In this document: positions 1 through 7,030 of the stretch, one piece after another | Numbering within the stretch: the stretch's first letter is position 1 | Layout of the letters: each line of letters starts with the position of its first letter | IMG/VR virus record: IMGVR_UViG_3300038674_000185 | Location: 1 to 31,642 of that record | Reading direction: 5' to 3' (one strand) | Source of the DNA: a virus | Taxonomy: Duplodnaviria > Caudoviricetes | Length of the DNA: 31,642 nucleotides | Program-made: the position numbers and the translations under genes | Notes under the pieces: model-generated | The model's input: the letters and a program-made list of their open reading frames with translations, nothing else | Told to the model about the DNA's origin: nothing | Databases searched by the model: none

Positions 1-5
1 TGGGG

Positions 6-251
6 TTAATCAGCGTCGTCGTTGTCCAACTCGCGAAGCCGCTCAATGGCCTCTCTGGCATTCGCGCCCAGGAAAATAGTTCCATTGTAACTCGAGTCAT
101 CCCACCAACAGGTGCCGGTGTTCGGATCAGGAATCGCCCAGCCGTGACCGGGGGTGTATACTGCTCCAGCCTTTTTGAGTAGTTCCCTCTGGTTTTTCAT
201 GCCTATCATCTTTTCGGTTGGCCTTCCGTTCAAGTTGTTAAAGTTTCTCAT
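6..251 (-). CDS. small hypothetical phage protein (81 aa), first gene of a leftward accessory operon
   Basis: ORF with AAGGAG RBS upstream and a consensus sigma70 promoter; no recognised domain. Confidence 0.7.
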   Translation of the reverse strand: MRNFNNLNGRPTEKMIGMKNQRELLKKAGAVYTPGHGWAIPDPNTGTCWWDDSSYNGTIFLGANAREAIERLRELDNDDAD

Positions 252-319
252 TTTTTCTCCTTTTGCCTGGTGCGCCAGGCGTTGTCGTTAATCCCTCGTT
301 CCCTTACCCTGTTAAATAT

Positions 320-348
320 AATATACGTCACAACGAATTAAATGTCAA
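320..348 (-). promoter_or_regulatory. sigma70-type promoter TTGACA-17-TATATT
   Basis: + strand tgtcaa 343-348 and aatata 320-325, 17-nt spacer, facing ORF 6..251. Confidence 0.8.
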
Positions 349-444
349 CGATAAAATTGCATTAAAACGAAAATAATTGCAATAAATAATTGTATAATTA
401 ATTCAATGTGTTAAGTTAATACGAAAAAAGAAAGGGATGATCGG

Positions 445-894
445 ATGATTCGAGTCAACGCTAAGACCAAGGCCATCGAAATCGAACTGACCAAAACAGG
501 GAAAAACATCCAGAGGGCCATGGAGCTGTCAATTGATCGTACGCTTGATGAAATCAAGGATTCTGTGTGGTCGCAGCTCCCCAAATTCTTTGATCGGCCA
601 ACTCCGTATACGCTTAATTCTCTCCAGGTCACGAAGACTCAAGGTCACAATATGCGGGGATCGGACAAGGGCAAGAAGATGGAACCAAGATCGTACCTGC
701 CGACGCCCACGGTCTGCGGGAACTACAACCGGAAGGGGGCCATCCCGACGAGTGGGGATGGACTGGCGACGGTAGTTGGTGGGGCGCTGAACCCGCCGTG
801 GGTAGAGTGGCTCATGGGGTGGCCCATCGGGTGGACCGGCTGCGAGCCATTGGAAACGGACAAGTGCCACAGTGCGCTGCTGAGGCATGGTTAA
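445..894 (+). pseudogene. chimeric ORF: N-terminal part of a phage neck/tail-completion-like protein fused to the C-terminal tail of a phage C5-cytosine methyltransferase
   Basis: FDRPTPYTLNSL motif in the first ~72 aa; LPTPT...GGALNPPWVEWLMGWPIGWT in the second half; no FxGxG or PC catalytic motifs. Confidence 0.6.
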
Positions 895-914
895 GACTTT
901 CAGCGCGATTCGGA

Positions 915-972
915 TTCTAACGGCTTGAGTACAGCAGCGGGCTTCATCGCCTGCTGCTACGTTTTGTTATCT
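915..972 (-). mobile_element. integron attC-like recombination site 1
   Basis: + strand TTCTAAC...GTA-CAGCAG-CG[loop]CG(C)CTGCTG(C)TAC GTTTT GTTATCT; terminal AAC/GTT cores, unpaired spacers, two unpaired bases (950, 957) 6 bp apart. Confidence 0.65.
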
Positions 973-1024
973 GGTCGGTTTCCTCCCCTGCTGGAATTAT
1001 TTTTATGTGGTACAAAAAAATCTA

Positions 1025-1052
1025 TTGACAGTGTTGATTCTTGTGGTACAAT
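1025..1052 (+). promoter_or_regulatory. sigma70-type promoter TTGACA-16-TACAAT with extended -10 (TGn), overlapped by an operator-like site
   Basis: TTGACA 1025-1030, TACAAT 1047-1052; TGTGGTACAA repeated at 1006-1015 and 1042-1051 (TTGT-N3-ACAA palindrome). Confidence 0.8.
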
Positions 1053-1092
1053 AAAATCAAAAGATGGAACAAACCACAAGGAGAAAACGACA

Positions 1093-1380
1093 ATGAGAAA
1101 AGGCAACCTGACAAGAGAAGAAGCGGTGGCAATGGTAGGCGAAGAGGCAGTGGCGAAGGTAGAGAGCGAAGACTGCGATTTTACGAACCGCATGCAGACC
1201 GATGGCGACACGGGCGTTGAGTTCTCCGCCTCTGTTCGCTGCAAAGACCAGAACGGTGATGATTGCGTTCTGATAGCCTACTACTACCAGGAGCAAGAGG
1301 CGCTGGATGACCTGGAAGAGGCTGGAAACGATGACCTTGGGCTACTGGATTGGGAAATCGAAGGTTACGAGGTCTACTGA
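1093..1380 (+). CDS. small, highly acidic protein (95 aa), candidate DNA-mimic/anti-defence protein
   Basis: AAGGAG RBS before ATG 1093; about 26 D/E versus 7 K/R; followed by a translationally coupled DNA-binding gene. Confidence 0.75.
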   Translation: MRKGNLTREEAVAMVGEEAVAKVESEDCDFTNRMQTDGDTGVEFSASVRCKDQNGDDCVLIAYYYQEQEALDDLEEAGNDDLGLLDWEIEGYEVY

Positions 1381-1586
1381 TGCGAGGCGGCAAGCGAGAG
1401 GGGGCCGGGCGAAAGCCCGGTAGCCCAAACAAGGAATTGAAGACAAGCGCAAAGCGGGAGGTTGTCCGGGTGCGGATCTCTGATGACGAGAAGGCAGAGA
1501 TTGCTCGTTGCATCTCCATCACCGGCGAATCGGAGAGTGATTTCATACGCGGAGCTATCGCCATGCGCTGCAAGAAGACCAGATAA
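1380..1586 (+). CDS. ribbon-helix-helix DNA-binding protein with N-terminal RGGKREGAGRK motif (Aca-like regulator)
   Basis: TGATG stop/start overlap; VVRVRISDDEKAEI...SESDFIRGAI fits the RHH strand-helix-helix pattern. Confidence 0.75.
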   Translation: MRGGKREGAGRKPGSPNKELKTSAKREVVRVRISDDEKAEIARCISITGESESDFIRGAIAMRCKKTR

Positions 1587-1639
1587 CGAAAGGGTAAGCG
1601 GCGCGGCTGTTTCGCGTCCGCTTGTCCCGCTTGTTATGC
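1581..1639 (-). mobile_element. integron attC-like recombination site 2
   Basis: + strand AGATAAC GAAA GGGT AAGCGG CGCG[GCTGTTT]CGCG(T)CCGCTT(G)TCCC GCTT GTTATGC; 59 nt, extrahelical T and G 6 bp apart as in the bottom strand of classical attC sites. Confidence 0.8.
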
Positions 1640-1698
1640 GATTTTTATTTATGGCCGAAAGCACATGAGAGCGCATCCACTTTAAACGAGGTGAAAAG

Positions 1699-1917
1699 AT
1701 GAAATGGTTTCCTGACGTGCCGGATTGTTGGAAAACAAAGCCTGATAAAATAGCCGGGCCATGTTTCCACTTTGACGTAGCCCTCGCAAAGCCTGACCCA
1801 ACAGCCAAGAAAAATTGCCCGATGTGCAAAGGACGCGGACGTTATACGGCATTGCATGTTAGTGAGTACGACGAAATACCAATGAGCATGAAATGTGCCT
1901 GCACAAATAAGAGGTGA
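1699..1917 (+). CDS. small Cys-rich hypothetical protein (possible Zn-binding)
   Basis: GAGGTG RBS; CPMCKGRG...CAC motif. Confidence 0.55.
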   Translation: MKWFPDVPDCWKTKPDKIAGPCFHFDVALAKPDPTAKKNCPMCKGRGRYTALHVSEYDEIPMSMKCACTNKR

Positions 1918-2091
1918 AATTATGTATGACAGACATCTGACAATGAGCGAGATGTGCATGTTGTCCCGGATGCTCTGTTCTGCAAATGGATAAACGGCGA
2001 ACTTCCGCTGGATGTTGAAATAGCCAGGAGAATAGGTGCTGGTAGCATCACTGGACAATGATATAAGAGTTTGAACCGTGATGAGAAGACA

Positions 2092-2208
2092 ATGGATCTG
2101 GAGAAACTGAGAGAACAGCTGATCAGGCACGAAGGCCTTCGGTTGAGACCCTACCGCTGCCATTTTGAAACAAAAACGATGTTTCATTTTGAAACACAAG
2201 AAACTTAG
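2092..2208 (+). pseudogene. truncated phage lysozyme (GH24) N-terminal remnant
   Basis: MDLEKLREQLIRHEGLRLRPYRC matches 15/23 residues of the intact lysozyme at 9359; similarity ends at 2160. Confidence 0.75.
2161..2196. repeat. direct repeat CATTTTGAAACA x2; the second copy lies in the palindrome TGTTTCA-TTT-TGAAACA
   Basis: copies at 2161-2172 and 2185-2196; inverted repeat 2180-2196. Confidence 0.85.
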
Positions 2209-2211
2209 CCC

Positions 2212-2487
2212 ATGAGCATTATTGACAAAAACGGATTTCGAGCATGGTTTGACGGAGCGTTTCCGAGACACAAAGATCCATATTCTCCAGGGTTCGTTAT
2301 CCTAGCGCTTGGGGTGGAGCGAAAACGCATCTATCGAGCCCTGCTCTGTGCCGAAATCGAGGGGCTTAAATTCCGCGGGGTGTGGCGAATACCGCGCCCT
2401 GCTCTTGAGTCGTGGCTACTGGAGGATGGACGTTGGAAGGTCTTGAGCCGGAATGGTTTGACGAGTGGTTCCAAACCCGATTCGTGA
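2212..2487 (+). CDS. excisionase/MerR-like (HTH_17-type) DNA-binding protein
   Basis: LGVERKRIYRAL...WRIPRPALESWL pattern. Confidence 0.65.
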   Translation: MSIIDKNGFRAWFDGAFPRHKDPYSPGFVILALGVERKRIYRALLCAEIEGLKFRGVWRIPRPALESWLLEDGRWKVLSRNGLTSGSKPDS

Positions 2488-2657
2488 AGCGATGGTACGG
2501 TGCCCTTGAGGTGTCGGATCTGCTGCAGGTTGACATCAAGACGATTTACCGCCATGTTTCAGATAGGGCATGCAACGACGAATCGGATGGACCGCTTCGG
2601 ATTCCTCGGGAGGCTATTAGGCGATGGCTGATCGAGTCGGTGACTACTAATTTGTGA
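2433..2657 (+). CDS. second excisionase/MerR-like HTH protein, paralog of the upstream gene
   Basis: GGAGG 2421-2425 then TTG 2433; EVSDLLQVDIKTIYR...LRIPREAIRRWL. Confidence 0.65.
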   Translation: MEGLEPEWFDEWFQTRFVKRWYGALEVSDLLQVDIKTIYRHVSDRACNDESDGPLRIPREAIRRWLIESVTTNL

Positions 2658-2667
2658 GGAGTGCGCC

Positions 2668-2796
2668 ATGTCTTTTCTGTACCGTCTACTGAGTTTCTTG
2701 AACGACCTATCCGCCATCTTTACTGGCAATCCGGCCAAGCGGATGGTCAATAGAGCCATAGGGAGAAACGTTGTAAATCGGCTCTGGCTTCGCTAA
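2668..2796 (+). CDS. small basic 42-aa protein (not in ORF track)
   Basis: GAGGAG RBS; MSFLYRLLSFLNDLSAIFTGNPAKRMVNRAIGRNVVNRLWLR. Confidence 0.65.
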   Translation: MSFLYRLLSFLNDLSAIFTGNPAKRMVNRAIGRNVVNRLWLR

Positions 2797-2801
2797 AAAA
2801 A

Positions 2802-2842
2802 TTTCCTCCTGTCCCACATACCCAAAAACTCTCTGTTAGGGT
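2802..2842 (+). promoter_or_regulatory. putative activator-dependent late promoter 1
   Basis: TTTCCTCCTGTCCCAC box (2802-2817), identical to 22603-22618; TAGGGT -10-like hexamer at 2837. Confidence 0.65.
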
Positions 2843-2875
2843 TAGCCTGTCAAAACCTTAGCAGGGAGTTTTTTT

Positions 2876-3796
2876 ATGCGTATTCAGCTCGCCCGGGCCG
2901 GGATTGCCGACAACGGGCAGACCCTCACCAAAAAAGACATCAAAGACCTCGTTTCCACATTCCAGGAAGCCCCCGCCACAATAGGGCACAAGCTCGCCGA
3001 TCACATGCCGGCCATGGGCTGGGTCAAGAGCCTGCACCCGTCAAGCGACTACGCGACGCTCGAAGGGGATGTGGACCTGATTGCACCCATGAAGGAAGCA
3101 TTCAGTCAGGGCCTCTACAAGAAGTGGTCCATCGGGGCCAGGCGCAAGCCCGACGGGCAGCTCTACCTGCATCACCTCGCCTTCCTGGGGGCCGCGCCCC
3201 CTGCGTTCAAGGATCTCCAGGTCATCAACATGGCCGAAGAGGACCGCAAGGACATCATTGCTTTTGAATTCACCGACGAAGGAGCCAGCAACATGACAAT
3301 GGAAGAACTGAAAAAGGCGCTGGATGAGGCCAACACCAAGCTCAAAACCGCCGAGACTGGCCTTGCCGCCAAGACCAAGGAGTTTTCGGATCTCAAGGCT
3401 ACACTGGAAGCCAAGATCGAGGAACTGACCAAATCCGGCAAGCCTGACGACAAGCCGGAATTCTCCGACCATCCCGCATGGAAAGAGATGCAGGCGAAAG
3501 TCTTGGCCGCTGAGACCGCCGCGACAAAGCAGAGAGTCGAGGCACTCAAATCCTCCGTTTCCGGGAGAATGCCTGCCGCCCAGGTGGCCCTGCTTGCCGA
3601 GTTCGCCGAGAAGATCGACCGGGTTGAGGCCATGGAATTCAGCGACACCAAGAAGCGCGGCGCCGTGGAAGTTCTCCAGGAGATCTTTTCGGCTCTGCCC
3701 CAGATGGTGGAGCCCGGCAAATTCAACTTTTCAGATCCCGCCGCCAAAGGGGACCGGGACGGCCTCGACGTTTCAAAACTCATGGGTCGCGTATAA
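2876..3796 (+). CDS. Mu gpI-like prohead protease with C-terminal scaffold (probable internal start at 3293)
   Basis: TIGH and LHHLAFLGAAPPA motifs; coiled-coil C-terminus; GAAGGAG RBS before in-frame ATG 3293. Confidence 0.85.
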   Translation: MRIQLARAGIADNGQTLTKKDIKDLVSTFQEAPATIGHKLADHMPAMGWVKSLHPSSDYATLEGDVDLIAPMKEAFSQGLYKKWSIGARRKPDGQLYLHHLAFLGAAPPAFKDLQVINMAEEDRKDIIAFEFTDEGASNMTMEELKKALDEANTKLKTAETGLAAKTKEFSDLKATLEAKIEELTKSGKPDDKPEFSDHPAWKEMQAKVLAAETAATKQRVEALKSSVSGRMPAAQVALLAEFAEKIDRVEAMEFSDTKKRGAVEVLQEIFSALPQMVEPGKFNFSDPAAKGDRDGLDVSKLMGRV

Positions 3797-3808
3797 GGAG
3801 GCACATCA

Positions 3809-4420
3809 ATGACCTGGACTGCAAATCTTGGAACTCAAACGTTTACCGATAAGCAGGTCGGCGCCCAGGGGCACGGCCCGTTCAGTGTCTCCTGGTCACT
3901 CAAGGCCGATCAGGGCTCGCTCGACCGCGGGGCACTCATGGCACTGGATGAAAACGATGTGCTGGTGCCCTACGAGATCGACTCAAAGACCATCGGCACA
4001 GGCAACGGAACAAATAAAACCTTTGCCGCCACCCTGGACCAGCAATTGATTCAACCGGGCAGCGTGGTTGTAACCGATGAGGTTGAAACGTTCTCGGATG
4101 ATGGCTCGGGAAATCTCATTGGCGACGCGGCGGGGACAGGAACGATCAACTATGTGACCGGCGCGATCAGCGTCACGTTCAACACCGCTCCAACCAACAC
4201 GACCCCTGTTGTTGCGACTTCCAGGAACATACCCTTTGGCGTGCTTGCCTATGAAGTGGATACTTCGGCGGCCGGCGCAGCCGAGGAAGTGGGGGTGATC
4301 TTCAATCACGGGACCGTCAAGAAGGAAGCCCTGCTCATGAAGAATGCGGCAGGTTCGTTTGTGGCCATCGATGAGGTTGCATCTCGTGCGCTCATTAAGG
4401 CGGGAATCTATCCGCTCTAA
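3809..4420 (+). CDS. head decoration/cement protein with inserted beta-rich domain
   Basis: lies between scaffold and capsid; lambda-D-like GVL...HGTV...L...GIY pattern; G/T-rich central insert. Confidence 0.7.
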   Translation: MTWTANLGTQTFTDKQVGAQGHGPFSVSWSLKADQGSLDRGALMALDENDVLVPYEIDSKTIGTGNGTNKTFAATLDQQLIQPGSVVVTDEVETFSDDGSGNLIGDAAGTGTINYVTGAISVTFNTAPTNTTPVVATSRNIPFGVLAYEVDTSAAGAAEEVGVIFNHGTVKKEALLMKNAAGSFVAIDEVASRALIKAGIYPL

Positions 4421-4444
4421 GGGTGCTGGAAAGGAGATAAATAG

Positions 4445-5464
4445 ATGCTTGTAAATGTTCGCAATTATTTTACCCCCAAGTCCATTGCCGCGAAGCTGCA
4501 AAATCTCCCAAAGTTGCAGTCTCCGGTCATGGATACCTTTTTCCCCGAGGCGAAGCGCCGGCAGTGGCCTCTTCCTGTGATCGGTCTGGATCATATCAAG
4601 AAAGTGACCCGTGCTGTCCCTGTAATCCGGCGCGGTTCCCCTTCGATCCCCATGGGGCAGGGACAGCGCGCCTGGGAATGGATCGAGCCCCAGCCGATTG
4701 AAGTGAATGATTTTTTCTCGGCCGTAGATCTCAACAACTGGAAGCTCCTTGATGATGTCGGCAAGGATATGGTCGTAACAGATAAGATAGACGACATGCG
4801 CCAGGTGGTAAGGAACACGACCGAGGGTTTGTGCGCCCAGTCCCTCACCGGAACCATTACCTGGCCCATGCGTCTGCAGGATGGAACGACCGACACCTAT
4901 ACCGTCGATTTCACCAACAACGGTGACAATGCGCTTCTTTCTCACACGGTTGAGAAGGATTGGTCCGATAGTTCGAAAACTCTCGTCGGCATTCTGGATG
5001 ATCTGATTGAAATCGAGACTCTGTTTGCAAACGAGGGATATGCAAACCCTTCCTTCTGGTGCGGAAAAACAGTCTACTTGGCGGCCATGAAGCTTGCACA
5101 GGCAGCGAATTCAGGCAAGCAGTCTCCCATCAACGTTCAAATCAATGACCGATCGATCTCCATCGGCGGGTACACACTGACGCTTGCAACCGGCGCCTAT
5201 TACGATCCTTCGGCCTCTCCAGGAAGCACGGCAACGGTCAAGGTGGTTGGAGACAAGAAGATCCTGGCATTCGCCCAAAATGCTCCTTTCACGCTTTTCT
5301 ACACGGCCCTCGATGACATGTATGCCAATCTCCTGGCCATGCCTTTCTATGCCCGCCCGGTCGAGCAGGATGATCCCCAGGGGATCAAAGTGATTGGCAA
5401 GAGCAAGCCCCTGCCCGTGCCGGTCCCGAAGGCGCTTTGCTGGGTTCAGGCTATAGCCGAGTAA
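4445..5464 (+). CDS. major capsid protein (lambda gpE-like family)
   Basis: 339 aa; PVIRRG, EGLCAQSLTG and terminal SKPLPVP motifs; synteny. Confidence 0.88.
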   Translation: MLVNVRNYFTPKSIAAKLQNLPKLQSPVMDTFFPEAKRRQWPLPVIGLDHIKKVTRAVPVIRRGSPSIPMGQGQRAWEWIEPQPIEVNDFFSAVDLNNWKLLDDVGKDMVVTDKIDDMRQVVRNTTEGLCAQSLTGTITWPMRLQDGTTDTYTVDFTNNGDNALLSHTVEKDWSDSSKTLVGILDDLIEIETLFANEGYANPSFWCGKTVYLAAMKLAQAANSGKQSPINVQINDRSISIGGYTLTLATGAYYDPSASPGSTATVKVVGDKKILAFAQNAPFTLFYTALDDMYANLLAMPFYARPVEQDDPQGIKVIGKSKPLPVPVPKALCWVQAIAE

Positions 5465-5474
5465 GGATTGATGC

Positions 5475-5918
5475 ATGACCTCAAGTGAGATCCTCTCCAA
5501 AATCAAAGCCACGGAAATAACCGACCGCGACTATCGGATGCTGACGGACGGCGCCAATGATGCCGTTGGCCTCCGGTGCGTGGATAAGGCGTTTACCTGG
5601 GTGCTGGCAAAACATATGGCTTGCGGGAAGGAAGCGGATCTCACGAGCGATCTTGTTATCGAGGCATGGATCAAACGGGCGCTCTACGAACTCTATTCGT
5701 TCGCCGAAAATGAAAAGGTTGCTCAGGATAAGGCGGAGGATGCTCTCACGTATCTTTCCGCCCTCCTGGGTGACTGTGTTCAGAGCGGCGAGTCTTCCAG
5801 TGATTCAGGAGGGCCGACCGCACAGGTGGTCACTCCTGCCACTGGAATCGTAAAAACCGGAACGGTCCCAGATTTCCTGACGGGTTACAGGCATACGACA
5901 TGGGTGCTGCGGTCATAA
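5475..5918 (+). CDS. head-tail adaptor (Mu gp36/DUF1320-like)
   Basis: follows capsid; RALYELY...AEDALTYL pattern. Confidence 0.65.
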   Translation: MTSSEILSKIKATEITDRDYRMLTDGANDAVGLRCVDKAFTWVLAKHMACGKEADLTSDLVIEAWIKRALYELYSFAENEKVAQDKAEDALTYLSALLGDCVQSGESSSDSGGPTAQVVTPATGIVKTGTVPDFLTGYRHTTWVLRS

Positions 5919-6508
5919 CAGGGCTGGATAAATTCCAGCGGTATTGCGAGAAGCTGGCGCACGAAATGCGCGAGCCCAAAGACGTTGCCAAGCGAGTCGG
6001 GGCTTATGGTGTCAGCAGCACTCAAAAGCGCATCCGAAGCAATATCCCACCAGCAAACGCGCCGCTTACCGTAGCCAACAAGAAGGGGTCGGGCACCCTG
6101 CGCGATACCGGGGCACTCATGAATAGCATTACCCACAAGACCGGGTCTACCTGGGCCGCGTGGGGATCAAATATCATCTACGCAAGGATTCACAATGAAG
6201 GAGGGGTGATCGTTCCCGTAAACGCCAAACGTCTCGCCATCCCTGCCGGGTGGAATGCTCGGACCCTCATGAGACGCTACGGAGAGACGCCAAGGCAATG
6301 CATCAGTGGCATGAAGTCTTCCGGCTACAAGATTTGGCGCTCCAAAAGTGGCAAAGCCCTCATGGCAAGCGGGAAGGACGGAAAGCCTTTCGTGCTGTTC
6401 ATCCTCCGCGAGTCCGTAACGATCCCCAAACGTCAATACATCGATTTCGATTCAGAGGACCAGATGAACGTGCTGGATATGGTGGAAGCGTGGATCGCCC
6501 AAATATAG
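5900..6508 (+). CDS. virion morphogenesis/tail completion protein (Mu gpG / P2 gpS family)
   Basis: LRDTGALMNSI, GSNIIYARIHNEGG and VTIPKRQY motifs. Confidence 0.85.
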   Translation: MGAAVITGLDKFQRYCEKLAHEMREPKDVAKRVGAYGVSSTQKRIRSNIPPANAPLTVANKKGSGTLRDTGALMNSITHKTGSTWAAWGSNIIYARIHNEGGVIVPVNAKRLAIPAGWNARTLMRRYGETPRQCISGMKSSGYKIWRSKSGKALMASGKDGKPFVLFILRESVTIPKRQYIDFDSEDQMNVLDMVEAWIAQI

Positions 6509-7020
6509 GACACGGCATAGCCGGGGTGTTGGGTGTGGTTGCTCAACACATCACGGAACGGATCGGTCTCGATGTTTATTTCGAACCCATGCCGGCGGAA
6601 GCCCGCGCCATTCACCTGACCATGATCCCGCGAACGTTCGACGTTCACCGCGAAGAACGGCGCAGAATTGGACTTCATGACCTTTATACGGCTCTGCTTT
6701 CAATGGATATTGCTTTGTCTGCCGTGGGCATCGGTCAGGAATTCATGGCCGAGTGCATGGAAGGGGCTCTCCTGGTGGCACGGCTGTTTGATGATGCCGT
6801 TACCGTTCATGTCGGGGCCGAGATTTACGCCACACTATCCTGCTTTCGGAAAGACTCGGGGCAATTCATGCGCTCCGAGGAAGAGGGTTCGCAGGATTAC
6901 GTATACGTAGAAAATTGGGAAGGGTCACTTCTCTTCCCCTACGTTTTTGAGGCCGATCAACCGGAACGTGTCGTGGTGCCGCATGGGTTGTGGCCCGTGA
7001 CCGTATCCGTTAGCCCATAA
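6490..7020 (+). CDS. putative tail terminator/neck protein
   Basis: fills the gap between the gpG-like gene and sheath; start codon (GTG 6490) uncertain. Confidence 0.55.
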   Translation: MDRPNIGHGIAGVLGVVAQHITERIGLDVYFEPMPAEARAIHLTMIPRTFDVHREERRRIGLHDLYTALLSMDIALSAVGIGQEFMAECMEGALLVARLFDDAVTVHVGAEIYATLSCFRKDSGQFMRSEEEGSQDYVYVENWEGSLLFPYVFEADQPERVVVPHGLWPVTVSVSP

Positions 7021-7030
7021 GGGGGATTAC

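Noticed and set aside
933-958. Simple intrinsic terminator hairpin
   Set aside because: The U-tract is weak; it is better explained as the stem of attC site 1, though a dual role is possible.
925-1092. N-terminal extension of the 151-aa ORF in the track
   Set aside because: It runs through the attC site and promoter; the RBS supports ATG 1093.
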